The notes below the pieces were generated by a model that was not told the DNA's origin, searched no databases, and was given only the letters and a program-made list of their open reading frames with translations. Positions 44,252-58,100 of a DNA stretch of 64,000 nucleotides are shown here, in pieces (the stretch's first letter is position 1; each line of letters begins with the position of its first letter). The translations under genes were made by a program, and so were the position numbers. Location: assembly GCF_009914755.1 (NCBI RefSeq), contig NC_060939.1. One strand, written 5' to 3'. Source of the DNA: the human T2T-CHM13v2.0 reference genome, Homo sapiens.

Positions 44252-44488
44252 GCTATTGCAAATAGAAAATTAGAATAAAACAAACAGGCCTTTGGTGCTG
44301 AAAGACTTTGAGAGATTATCAGGTACAGCAGTTGACATATAGGTGATGCATCAGAAACACCCACAGAGCTTTTAAAAGATACACCTTAGATATATCAAAC
44401 CAGAACTATATATCAAACCAGAAACTTTTGGCGATGTCGTCCAGGCATACATAGTAGTTTGAACAATGAGAAATTCCCATTTTTATAA

Positions 44489-44804
<316 letters not shown>

Positions 44805-45307
44805 ACAATTGTCATTTTTATAGTAAATATTTTTTAAAAGCTCCCCGAAGACTTTGACTTCCTTTTGTTAAGAACCAGAGATTGATTCGAGTTTTCTGAT
44901 TTGCCAAAAACAAAAATGAAGTTTAGAATGTTAAATGACTTGTCCAAGGTCCCATGGCTGGGACTCAATCTCTTGTCCTGATTTTAAGTCCAGTGCCCTC
45001 TTACTTATATGTATCTTCTTCATTGTGGGACAAACAAAACAATGTCACACATTCTCGATTTCCTGACACAGAGTCCCTACATATCCACCTTTTGTTTCAA
45101 TTCCTACTGTCTCAAAGACATCTCTCCAGTGTTCCTCCCTTATTTCACCTAGCTTTTCAAAACGCCTTGTGCTTTTATTTCTGATACGTGTCTTACCTTC
45201 TCTGGAAATTCTATTCCCTAATACTTTTTCTTTAAAAAAAATGACTGTATACTATGAATTTTTCACTGATCCCATTAGATGGGCGCTTGGCAAACTGGGA
45301 CAGAGGC

Positions 45308-46808
45308 CATGGTGTTTAGGAGAAGGCTCATACCAGGTTGCAAGAGCTGAGTGCTAAAATGTCAGGAATTTTGTTATTAAGGCTAGTTATTAAATCTGTT
45401 ATTACACATTAACTGATGCATTCCTGACATAAAAAATTAACTACTTTTTAATGATTATTTTACTGTTATCAATGTTCTTCAGGTTGTCTACATCAATTAT
45501 CCTTATATCTGAAGGTGGAAATACTATACCATGCTGTGCATCCCTTCCCTACTCTGTATTCTGTGAAAGAGCGGGTCGGGTGGCTTGAAAATGGCCATTG
45601 GTGGGATTATTTACACCACAGAAATTGGCAAATGTTACAGATCAGGGTTTGATTTATTATTTTGCTTTATTGTCTAGATTTAAAAAGTGATGGCCCAATG
45701 CAGTGGCTCATGCCTGTAATCCCAATATTTTGAGAGGCTGAGGCAGGAAGGTGATGGCCCAATGCAGTGGCTCATGCCTGTAATCCCAATACTTTGAGAG
45801 GCTGAGGCAGGAGGATCACTTGAGGCCAGGTGTTCGAGACCAGCCTGGGCAACATAGACCCTGTCTCTACAGGAAATAAAACAATTAGCCAGGTGTAGTG
45901 GCATGTGCTTGTAGTCCCAGCTACTTGGGAAGGTGAGGTGGGAAGATTGTTGGAGCCAGGAGTTTGAGGGTGCAGTGAGCTATGATTGTACCACTGCATT
46001 CCAGCCTGGACAACAGAGTGAGACCCTGTGTCTTAAAAAAAAAAAAAAAAAAGACCAGGTGTGGTGGCTCACACCTGTAATCCCAGCGCTTTGGGAGGCC
46101 GAGGTGGGCAGATCACGAGGTCAGGAGTTCGAGACCAGCCTGACCAACATGGTGAAACCCTGTCTCTACTAAAAACACAAAAATTAGCCAAGCTTGGTGA
46201 CAGGTGCCTGTAATCCTAGCTACCCAGGAGGCGGAGGTTGCAGTGAGCCGAGATCACACCACTGCACTCCAGCCTGGGCAACAGGGCGAGACTCTGCCTC
46301 AAAAAAAAAACACACAAAAAAAAACTGATGAAAATTATAATAATGCAGATTAAACTTAACAGTACATCATATCCAGTGCTCCCATTGTGAATAACATAAA
46401 AAGTGGAAGAAATGTTCTTCTGGTATTTGAAAACTATTAACTGAGTCAGCAAGGAAGTGGTTCATGTCATTGTTGGCGAATGAATGAAGTTCCAAAATGT
46501 CTTTGTTGTTTCACTCCCTTCTTAGTCATTAATGTAAACAAAATATCAACCAACATTCATGTTGGAACTAGTCTTTCCTCAGTTGTAACCATGCAGATAG
46601 ATGTAGGAGTTCAGCAAAAATCATGAGAGCATTCAGTGAGAATCATTTGTCTATATGAAATTTAAAATAAAGAATATTGTATATTTTATTATTGTTTGAA
46701 AATTATGTGAAATTATATCAATGAGATAGATACCAAAGTTATCTACATACAGATAGACACTTTTTGCTTTCCAGAGAGCCAGTTGTTCACAGCTTACCAG
46801 CATGTGGC
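45308..46808. mobile_element. Zaphod-like hAT-Tip100 relic interrupted by two Alus
   Basis: Ends ggctcataccaggttgcaagagc and gagagccagttgttcacagcttaccagca. Confidence 0.65.
45692..46322 (+). mobile_element. Two tandem Alus (AluJ-like with a duplicated 5' end, then AluS-like)
   Basis: Alu ~45692-46052 and Alu ~46053-46322 with an internal deletion. Confidence 0.93.
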
Positions 46809-46954
46809 TGGCCTGAGCCTCATCCTTGCTGTGTCACCAGCTCTCCATCACGTTGTTTCAATGCTTCCCCCTGACTTTGGATAGGCATTCACCCAAAGTT
46901 GTGGTTTGGCCTTCTAGAGCCCCCATTGACTTTCTGGAACAGAATATATATATT

Positions 46955-47238
46955 TAGAGATACGGTCTCTGTCACTCAGGCTGGAGTGCAATGGAGTGAC
47001 CACGGCTCACTGCAGCCTCAACTTCCTGGACTCAAGTGATCCTCCCACTTCAGCCTTCTCAGCAGCTGGGACCACAGGTGTATGCCATCATGCCTGGCTA
47101 ATTTTTAAATTTTTTGTAGAGGAGACAGGGTCTCGCTTTGTTGCCCAGACTGGTCTTGAACTCTTGGCTTTAAGTGATCCTTCTGCCTAGGCCTCCCACA
47201 ATGCCGGGATTACAGGCATGAGCCACTGCACCCGACCT
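46955..47238 (-). mobile_element. Alu (AluJ-like)
   Basis: Diverged reverse Alu. Confidence 0.94.
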
Positions 47239-47269
47239 AGAAGAGAATGACCCACAGCCTGTTTCCCAG

Positions 47270-47985
47270 CTGTCCTCTCCAGTGTTTTCTTGCTCAGTGA
47301 CAGGCATCATCTTTCCCTCAGTTACTCAAGGCAGAAAGATGGGCTTCACTTAATCTCTGCCTCCTCCCCACCCATATTCAAGCATCACCAAGTTAGGCTG
47401 CTTCTTGGCACCTTCCTATTTCTCAGATCCATCTACTTGTCTCCATCTTTACTGCAGTTTTCTTAAGTTTCCATGTCTTTCACTTCTTGAGTTGGTTATT
47501 ATACAACCTTCCAATTGGGACCCCTGCTTCCATTCTCATTCCCTCCAATCCATTTCACACAGTTACTAAAGATATCTTTCTAAAACATCAAACTGATCAA
47601 GTCACTTCTCTGCTGATGAGCCCTTAATGGCTCCCTGCTGATGACCAGGCAATGACCACATGTCCGGGCAGCTCTTCTCAAAGTCATAGAATGACCAAGC
47701 GTAAACTTCTATCTCCACAGTTCCCCAAAGAAACTCTCTCCTTCCCTTCAGGATTCACTGAGAAGACATTCGGTTGCTCTGGGAACCTCTCTGACCTGGG
47801 CCCTCTCAAAGCTGGTTGAGGGGCCCCTCCCATGTGTACCTTTAAGAGTCCTGTATTTATCCCCCTCCTAGCCCTTACCTTGTTGTATTATTAATGTCTA
47901 CCTTTTCCAGGGCCTGACTGCCTTGTTTCTTTGTTTCCAGTAGCTAACCCAATACTTAGAGAAGTCAATAAATACTTGTTGAACA
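47270..47985. mobile_element. L2 fragments
   Basis: ctccaatccatttcacac...tctttctaaaacatcaaactgatcaagtcactt and end motif caataaatacttgttgaa. Confidence 0.65.
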
Positions 47986-48029
47986 ACCAGAGGAAAAAAT
48001 GGTGGCAGTGATAAAAACAGTGGTGACGA

Positions 48030-48280
48030 TATGCTGAGCACCTGCTCCCTACTAGGCACCATGTTGGACACTTTGCCATCATTATTTGCAATCCGCAACA
48101 ACCTACAATTGGCAAAGTAGGGATATGTATATCTGCTTTACAAATGAGAAAGTTAAACTTAAGAGAGGTTAAGCCGTGTGCCCAAAGTCACAGAGCAGGT
48201 AAGGGGAGGGCCCAGGATTTGAATTCCTGAATCCTAGGTGTATCTTATTCCAAAGGCCATAGACTTCTTAATACACCACC
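48030..48280 (-). mobile_element. MIR
   Basis: tttacaaatgagaaagtt...gcccaaagtcacagagcagg...ccaggatttgaa. Confidence 0.75.
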
Positions 48281-51200
48281 TAAAAAGCACCAAGACAAAC
48301 ATGTAGGGCCGACTGAATAACAACAACAACAACAAAAGATGAACAAACAACAAAACAAACACGCAAAAAAACACTTTTCAATTTCTGTAGTCCGAGTTCC
48401 CTACAATGGTTCAGATGAGGGAGATGGCATTTTATAGGGTATCAAATACCAGGTTTCCATACAGGTAGGAAAGCACTCATTTGTCAGATAAATTTTAAAA
48501 GCCTGGAAATATGCCTGGCACTTCCTACTGGAGTTTTAATAGTTTTGTCTAAGTTCATGGGCTGGCTGGACGCTGCACTGTGGGTGTGGCTGGGAAGGTG
48601 AACGGGGGTCTGATTCTGAGTTGTCCCCTCCTGTGTGGGGCTCCTTCTCAGTGAAACAGAGGCTGAAATGCTGATCTGATGTTTGGTCTTTTGACAATTT
48701 TCACTTAATGAATTGATTCCTACAGTTCATTAACATACCCACTTCCACTTCTGTATACACATATGTCTTAATTAGCTGCTCATTGGCTGTTTAATTACAA
48801 GAAAACAGCTGACAGCTGCCTTGCTGAATTCTAATGGCAGACGCTTTGGAACGGCTACACACTTGCTTTTGACAACCAAGATTTATTCATAACTCTGTGA
48901 TTTATTGTGAATGCTCGTATGCCTGCCCAAATTATTGTATTTTCCAGTACAACTAAAAATTTGGAATTTGGGGGACTGCTGAAGTGGGTGTATGTCTACC
49001 TTTCATTTTACGTCTGAGACTAAGAAAAGTAGAGATGAGAAAAGCAGAGAATCTTCTATGTAGAAGCATGTACTGTGTTGCAATTTTATTTATCTTGGCA
49101 ACTTTCTGTTGAGAATGTTCAGAAGCATGGGGGTGAGAAGGAAGAAATATCTCTGGATCAGTGTGGGCCAAAAGTTAATTATCTGGCTAGAGGGGGAAAA
49201 AGAGGATAACTTCATTTTATTGAGGGGTAAACATAAAGGGCATGCATGGATTAAAATCAAGCAGATGAAATTATAAAATTAAAGTTGGGTGGGGGTCAGA
49301 AATAAGAGTCCTCAAAGAAGCATATGAGGAAAAAAAGTTGTTCTTTAGAAAGAGCAGGCGGCCTCATTCACGAAAGTTAGCTGGTCCAGCCCTATACTCA
49401 TACATCTGGCAGCAATAAATCACAGAAATTCAGATTTCCTGAGCTACGTTTTTGTTCAGTAGTGACTGGCCTCCCTGTAGAATTGTATGCGCAAGTGGTC
49501 TCTGATTAAAGCTGCCCACGTGTCATATTTGGTAAGTGTCGATATCTGCTTTTGACTGTGCTTTGCCATACTCAGATCCAATACAAGTGAAGACATTCAG
49601 CAATGGTTATTCCCAAGCACGCACGAGGGACCTGCCCCAAGCCAGGTGCTGTGTCAGGGCCCTATCTACAACATGGCTTCGAGCCAGGCGTTTTCTGTGA
49701 GCTGAGGAAGGGCAGCAGTTACTGGGACATGATTAAGATCTAAACAAACAAATAAAAAAAAATCTGAATCATCTTGATGCAAATTGGGTTTTAACACAGC
49801 CCTACCACTTGCGCATTTCATCACAGGACTGGAAGATTTAGCTAAACAAAAATTTTCGCTTACTGCCTGTGTATAACAGAACCGAAACTCAGGCATCGTA
49901 AGGATGCAATAACAGCTTGTCCTCCCCCAGGTGGAATTTTCATTTTAAATGCCCAGCTCTAATACTGGGGCCACGTATTAAAATAAAAATGAGCATGAAT
50001 GTATCAATGGTGAAAAGTGGACAGAATTAGTTCACGACTAGCAACATTTCACAACTGAGATAATAATATTAGAATCCTCTAAAAGATAATTTGAGCCTAA
50101 AAGGAACATTCATATAAAGCTGCTTTTTAACCTAAACATAAAAAGCTCCAGAAATGGCTTTAACTACTTCAGTGGGGGAAGGTGTCACTTATATACTCTA
50201 GATATTTTTGAAAAGCCTTTTTTATTGTTTAAGAAAATATATTTGTTAACGCAGAGACATTGTCTCAAATTATCTTTAGTGGGTAGAAGAGGAAGCTTTG
50301 AATAAGACATCATCTTAAATGTATTGATTGGTAAGTGTATATTGGACAAATGAATGCCAGTTTGTTCTTAGTGTTATCAAGAGGAAAAGGTTTTAAATGT
50401 AATCAGAAACCAATTCACTAACCCCAATACTGGATCGTGCATTATCATTAAAAAACTTGCAGTTAAAATTGTGTAGCCAAAATATCTAAAAGGATATGGA
50501 TTAAAAAATGTATGTGTGTCTTGAGATCAAATGTTCACCCTCATCATCTGAGCAGCCACTGTATCTCATGATGAAATTAGGAACAGAAGTTGAATGGCAA
50601 ACAAGATGATTTCTCAAAAGCAAACCTTAACCAATGATTATTTTCCTCCTAACACTTCATATTTTTATTCACTTTGAAGATTGAACTTTAACATCTACAG
50701 CCTCTAGTGTTACCATGGCCTTTTCTTGTGCTGGCATGGGGCACGACCTGCCCCTCCTTCCTGGCAGGCCTGCCCCAGCTCACGTTATGCCCCCTCATCA
50801 TGCTCACCCAAGGCTGAAACTAAATTCTTTTCCAAGAGCTCAGAAATGTCTGTATGAACAGAACTAAAAACCTTGCAGGCCTGGATTCTAACATATGTTC
50901 TTCCGAAATGCAATATTCAGGCTGAAGCAGTGCCAATACATTGTTCCCTGATTCTTTCAAGAGAACAAGTAAAATACGTTTATAATAAAAACCTTGGCAT
51001 AATGGAGTCCTTAAAAATTTGAGGATGGTGTGCCTGTCTACCCTCATCTTCCACTAGCCACAGAAAGTGACCCTTTGCTTCAATCAAACTGAGTTATGTG
51101 CTGTCCCCTAAATACAACCAAGACTGCCCTTTTTCTGGGCTTTTGCCTCTGCCATTCCTTGTTCTCCTTCTTCCTCAGCACAGAATGCCCTCCCAGCCAC

Positions 51201-51317
51201 CTTGACTGGGAAAATCCTTCCTCAGCTCCAGCCCACGGTTGGTTCCTCCTCAATGAAACCTTGCTAGGCCAACTCTCCTTTAGACCACCTAGGTATGCTG
51301 TCTAGTGGATATGTGCT

Positions 51318-51627
51318 TCTTTTTTCTTTTTTTTTGAGACAGGGGTCTTGCTCTGTTGCCAGGCTGGAATGCAGTGGCACCATCATAGCTCACCAGGAGC
51401 CTTGAACTCCTGGGCTCAAGCAATCCTCCTGCTTCAGCCTTCCGAGTAGTTGGGACTTCAGGCAAACACCACCATGCCTAGCCAGTTTTTTTTATTTTTA
51501 ATTTTTTTGTAGAGACAGAGTCTTGCTGTGTTGCTCAGGCTGGTCTTGAACTCTTGTGCTCACATCTTCCTCTCAACTCAGCCTCCCAAACTGCTGGGGC
51601 TACAGGTGTGAGCCACTGTGCCCAGCC
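51318..51627 (-). mobile_element. Alu (AluJ-like)
   Basis: Reverse Alu; TSD TATGTGCTTCTT. Confidence 0.95.
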
Positions 51628-51969
51628 TATATGTGCTTCTTATGTATATCATAGATTGTGGCCTTACTCTATATTAGTTCTTGCATTGCTATTTAGCTTT
51701 CCCTACACAGGCCTCATCTCTACAACTAGACCATAAACTGCTTGAGGGAAAGATGTGGTCTTCTATGTCTTTGGATCCCTTACAGTGCTTACATAGTGCT
51801 TGGTCCCAAGGGAGTGCTCATAGTATTCTTTTTTATTGGCAGATTCTACATAACACATTGCAAATGGTCACAGCAATCAAGACTATATCCATAGATGTCC
51901 CAGAAATAATATCTGACTATACAGAGCAGCATTACCAAGCCACCAAGAAGTCTGCCTAGTAATGACAAT

Positions 51970-52185
51970 GATAACAACAGCTAACACTTAGTAAGTGCTT
52001 GTGATGCATCTGGCATTCTTCCAGGTACTTTCCTTAAATGCATGTGACAACCCTATGAAGTTATTACAATTACAGTCCTCATTTTACAGATGGGGGAACT
52101 GAGGCACAGAGCAGTGGTATAGGTGCTCAAGCTGGTAAATAGCAGAGCTGGGATTTCAACTCGGGCAGTCTGGTTCCAGAGTCAG
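51970..52185 (-). mobile_element. MIR
   Basis: ctcattttacagatgggggaactgaggcacagag. Confidence 0.8.
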
Positions 52186-53544
52186 AGCAGAAGCATGGCA
52201 CCTGCTGTCTCTCTACAGACAGCAAAGGGGTTGGGGAGAGGATGAACTAGGAACAGCCAGAAATGACAGAAAGAGCTACTAAAGCTTCTACCATTTTTGC
52301 TGTTCATGTGCAATGCTTAGCAACTATGTGCCAAAATAATTATTTCAGCAATTAAACAGGTCCTCTAGTTTCTTATGGTGTCAGCTTGTTAATTTAAAAA
52401 TGCAATTTAAAATACGTTCACAAAATGATTAGCTCAGAAGATGACTGATCACCTTTCTTCTCTCATTAGATATCTATTTGATATGTCTAATGTGAAATTT
52501 TTCTTATGTTTAATTACACTATCTCAGCAAAGTTATTTACAATTGATCATGATAGAACCACCTTTACCTGGTTAGAACATGATAAATAATTAACATAAAA
52601 TGGCAAAAATAGAAGTCTTTTGACTTCTATTTTTATAACTAGGAATAAAAGTGTTAGTTATAGCAGAGAGAAATTATAATGGAGAACAAAGAGTATATGT
52701 ATCAAATATAAACATGTAACATTGTTCAAGTCCCTGGCTAGGCATAGGCCCAATCTGTTAATAAAATTATGTTTTATTTATTTTGTGGTTTTCATTGGAT
52801 AAAGTCAACAGAGCAGAGGAACAGAGCCACAGATAACTGAAAACCACTTTGGCACTGAGGAGGTATGCAGACAAGATCTGGAAGGGAATCTAGAAAAATG
52901 GCAACTTTGGAATAATAGATACCTTTTGTTTTCTTATCGCTTTTATTTTTGTCATGATAAATATTAAGAGTAAAAAGAAAATTCACATTGTTTGTGCCAT
53001 GGTACTCAGTCAACTTAGGTTTTACTCAATAGCATGTTGTTAATTAATCTTCCAAATTGTTGGGGTATTTCATATGAAGTAGCCCCTACCCCCACCTTGT
53101 CCTTTCCCCAGACTCCATTCCTAGATAATCACTTCTGTCAATTCCTAGATAATCACTTGCCTTACTGACAGATTCAGAGGAAGCCATCAGTTTTTTGGGC
53201 AGAATGAAGGGACAAATGGTGAACTGGTATCCGGGATGCTGCCTAGAACCCTGTCCATTTAAGAAGACACCCAGGTGATACGCAATGCACAAAAAGCACT
53301 GGAACTCCCAGCAGGCAAGCACTGCAGTCTATAAACCCTCTATTGAGAAAGGCCATGACATGTCTACCAGGGACACAGATTTGGGAGGCAGAACACAAGA
53401 CAGGGTGAGGGTGAAAAGCAATGGCTACCTGGCCACGTCAGCCAAATCAGCTCCAAAAATCAATGCGATGACAGTGGTCACAGGCAGATCACTCTCACCT
53501 TATAACCTGGGATGGCACAGACCAGACAGATTATTTCATTTTGT

Positions 53545-53721
53545 TTTTTCATTATTTTTATTTACTTTTTTGGAGAGAGGGTCTCACTCCATTGCCCAGG
53601 CTGGAGTCCAGTGGTGTGATCATAGCTCACTGTAACCTTGAACTCCTGGACTCAAGTGATAAACCTGCAGCTGTCTTCCCTGAGTAGCTGGGACTACAGG
53701 TACACACCACTACACCGGGCC
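53545..53721 (-). mobile_element. Alu right-arm monomer/fragment
   Basis: gcccaggctggagtccagtggtgtgatcatagctcactg. Confidence 0.88.
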
Positions 53722-55028
53722 TCTCATTTTGCTTAATTTATTTAATTAGTCAACTAATTTTGAGGGAGGGCAGATTTTGGAAGTAAAGGGCATAGATGGT
53801 TCTGTAGTATGCGGAAATCTGAAGCTTTGCTAAGATGGGATCAACATGAAGCATCTGTACATGTACAAATTAGCAAATGTTACCATGACTAACAGTAAAA
53901 TGAAGAATTAAGGAAATTATAAGGTTAATTTCCTTGAAGTCTCTCAGTAGTCATTTGTGTCTATAGGTGATTTTGTATTTTACAACATTGTATTTTCTAA
54001 TTTCATGAAAGGAAAGCTAACCAAATTCGTGGATTTTATTTTTTGCCTCAGCCTCAAAAAGCCTTAGGGCTGATTCAGGCCTGGTTGTAGCAATCGGCTG
54101 TCTCAAAGGCCTCCTGCATGTTTAAATAGCTTCTCTCCTGTTTATTTTGCACTGTTTTATCCTGTAAGCTGTCTCGAGGCCCTTCCAATATAAGCATGAG
54201 GATTTAAATCTTAATAAATTGAGATTTGAATAACAGAGGTAATCTGGGCTTGGGGGGTCTTGAATTATTGGGATAAACATCTCTGTTTCTCATCTGCACA
54301 TTATGCATGTGCTGTACACATTGCCCCATGACCAAGGTCAGAAATAATAAAATAGTCATAGCAGAAATAATACTGATAATATTTAGAGTTAAATAGCACT
54401 TTTCTGTTTGTAAGGACTTTTTTATGTACAGGTTCTCCTTCTATTCTTGGAATAGTCCTAACCAGTAGAAAGATCAGGTGTTATACCCACTTTAAAAATG
54501 AAGCAACTGAGTGACAAAGAGATTAAGACACATTCAAAACAATATGGACAAGTGGAGGCAATAGGACTGGAACTCAGGTCTTCCTGATAGCTTTCCCACA
54601 ATTTTGCCAGATGTGTTAACATTATGTGTGCTAACAATAAGACTCAACTCAGTGACATTCCAATTAAACTTACTGGAGATGTCTTTTTATAAGCTTATGA
54701 CAGGGACATTGTAGAAGTCTGGAGTTAGCTCTTTTTTAAAAAAGATTGCCACAGAGATTGCTCATGAGTTCAACTCTGGGGTTGAAAGTGATAAACAAGC
54801 AATGCTCAAATACCTTTTTGTAATCTCCTATTATTTTGAAGGAAGGAGTAAAAATATATATAACTTCTTTAATTGTAATTTAACACCAAAATATTTCTTC
54901 TATCCTGTAATTTCTTATCATTCAAAATTCTAAGGAGTTGAATTTTAAGACATAAGTGGAGACATACAAATCACAAAGATATATTCTAACAAACATTAAT
55001 AGAAACAACAACAATTAAAAAGGCTTAC

Positions 55029-55114
55029 CTTGCAGCCTTCACATGTAATGACACCATAATGGATTCCTGATGATTTGTCTCCACAGATCTTGCATGGAAT
55101 AATTTCAATTTGAG
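55029..55114 (-). CDS. RORA: RORA exon 3 (first common exon): zinc finger 1 / P-box
   Basis: ttgcag|...|gtaag, 86 nt, translates [28 protein letters not shown]. Confidence 0.98.
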
Positions 55115-58100
55115 CTGCAACAGAAGCACGCAACCAGTTAATTACATTTTCTTTTAAACACCTTATAAAAGCGTTCCCTGATCAGCATTTGTATAGTGAA
55201 AACTAATAACCTGCTAAACATTATACTGCATTAACTATTCATTGCTGAACTGTGAGGGTCCCCCTAGAGCCCTGGACTAAATTATGGCTGCTCGTTATAT
55301 AATAGCTTTCGGGTTATTAAAATGGGTCATTTGAGAAGGTGTTTAAGAACCCACAAGAAGACTGGAATCAGCATTTCAAAGCCTTCAAGAACTGGAGAGT
55401 TCGCAGTTTAGGCCTCAGAGCAAAGCAGATACTGAAATGTTTCCTCCAATCTCATTTTCTATCATTATTTTTAAAAGATCATAAATCTGTCTTGGCTGAG
55501 CATTACAGCTTGACTGCTAAAGAAAAATACACTCTAAAAAGTCAGGTCTAGTTAGGAAAATGATTCAATTCAAAATATTAATCAGTTACATATGATGGTA
55601 AGAATTCCTTATCTTTTAAAAAATTAACGCAGTTGCCATGTGTTAAAAATTAGTCCATTTGTGTACAATCAGAACCTTTCAACCATAGAGTTAATATCTT
55701 GTTTGAATTTAATAATGATGAATCCTGACAAATAGGATGTGTTGCTTCTGAGTTCTTTACACTGGAAATTTAGTTCCTGGTACAGAGGGCATGTGTTTCT
55801 ACCCAACTGATTACTTAAAGATGCCTCATGCTGGAAGACCCGCAAATAACATGTATCACACCAAAGTTCTCAAATAAGGCAAAGCACATTTCTAAGCAAA
55901 CACATTATACCTCAGAGTTAAAAAGAGCATAATTAAGGATAAAAAATAAGGAATAATTAGGCAAAAGAAAATCCTTAGATCAACTATTAAATAGAATTTA
56001 TATGTTAAATAAAGACCAATGCTGAGCTGTATAGACAGGATGGGAACAGTCACCAGTTTACCTGGAATGTGTCATTACGCTAAATTCATTTTCCATGGTT
56101 TTCACTACTGGGTATCATGTTAGATTACCTACTGAGTTACACACACAAACACAACTGCAAGTGCCCAAGTCTATTTCATTTCTGTACAGCCCTTACCTAG
56201 CCCCAGACCTTACACAGAGTAATTTCTTTGTCCAAAGAATATGTCACATAGTGTAAGTACCACACAGAGACACACAGCCCACTCTTTCTTCTAATGTAAT
56301 CCCATATCCTGGGATGATTTCACAACCACTTACTTTGGATTTAAGGTGATGTTGCATTCGATACTTAGAGCACACATGAAACTATTGGATTTAACCTCAT
56401 TATAAACCATGTGTACTGCTAACTCCCTTTCTCAGGGCCTAATACAAGTACTGTGGTGACTTTTAGGGAGTGCAAGCTATTCTAAAAGCTATCCATTATT
56501 TTTTTAGTGCTTGCATACTGAGTTTCTTTGCTGTCCAAATTTAGAGATTGTTCCAGATCTCAAATCCAGTGTATTTTCTATACTCTGGAGGCTTTCTAAT
56601 ACCCCAATAATGGTGACTTTGGACACTAATAGGTATAGTTTGAGTTAAGCAACTTAAGCAAGTTAATATGTTTAAGGTTGCATTCAACAAAAGTTGTCAT
56701 TTGCAAGTCTGCCTCATGTTAACACTTGGCTTGATTTCTTCAAGAAAAATTCTTTATGAAATATGGTATCTAATAATGTCTCATACTGCACAGTCCTTCC
56801 ATTATGTTTAATATAGTCAAGGCAAAGGTTTGTGCCACAGATTTGCAACTCTAGAGAAAGCGAGTTACGCCTAACATTTTTCAGAGACGTGGAAAAGCCA
56901 AGTGGAAGTAGAGAAATCCTGAAAGGTGCTATCAGCTGAGAGTTATTGCCTGCTTTTCCCTACATGAATTGAGTAGGCTAGAATGAGAACCAGCCTCCTT
57001 ACCCTGATTCCTAGGAATGTAATAATTAGGCACCATGAAGTCCTTGAACCACCTGTTAAACAGAATTTATACATGAAATGAAGAAGACCTACTTGGAGCT
57101 GCTTCTGTCCATGTCTCACCTCAAGGTGTAATGACAGAAATTAGGGATGAACAAAAACCTCTTTAGGTCCTAGCATTTAAGTCAGCATCAAAACTACCTG
57201 ACGCTAAACTTGGGCCTTTCAAGAGTTATCTTCATTCCATCTTAACAATGAGGGAGATCAAGCATGTCTATTTAGTCCTTTACAAGAATATGAAGGCCCT
57301 GGGCAGGGCATATTGAGAACAATGAGTAGAACTGCATCTGGACAAACTGAAAATGATATGCAGTATTCCTGTACAGTCGGCCTGGACTCACAGTGGATTA
57401 CTAATTAGAAGTGAAGCAACGATGTTTAAGGCTGTGACCAAGATGCCTGCCTGGCACGGAGGTCTGCTCATGATGGGGGTGGCCTTGGGAGTACTATACT
57501 GGCCCCAGCACTTCCACCCTTGGAATGGCTCATGTCCTGGCAGGGGTGAGGGTAGGGGTGCGGGTGGGGAGCAGTTGTAGTACAGACCCCAGAGTTTGGT
57601 GCCACTGTGACACAGGACTGATGGCCTGAGTCAGGCTTCAGCTTGCAGGGGTTTTCAGATCTGGAGGATATTTGAGCGGAGACAGTCACGAGATCTGTGG
57701 AGGCCAAGACGCTTAGGATAAATGGACTCACTGTAGATTGACTTGTATTTCCAAACAGGGGGGCCATTCACTTAGATCTTTGTCCCCATGTGTCTGTGCT
57801 TAGTTCCAGTGGGCTAAAGAATCAGATTTAATTGAAACAGGCTTCACCGGGAATCTCTCGGTAAGGTGGTAGAAGGGTTTCTGGATAGCAAGTTGAGGTA
57901 TTCTGATTGGTTAAACTATTCTCCTAGGCTTCCTCCTGCTTGGTTCTCTTATCTCAGATGACAATTTCAGTTGCAAATGCACTTTAGGAAATGACTAAAA
58001 TCCTCCTACTCCAAAAGCAAACCCTCTGAATGTGATCTGATCACACGTGTTGATATTCCCAGAAAGCGAGCATTTGCAGATTGGAGCAGGGCACTTGCTC

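Noticed and set aside
53118-53158. Short tandem duplications (here and ~44390-44424)
   Set aside because: Ordinary two-copy slippage events; not CRISPR-like and no functional hint.
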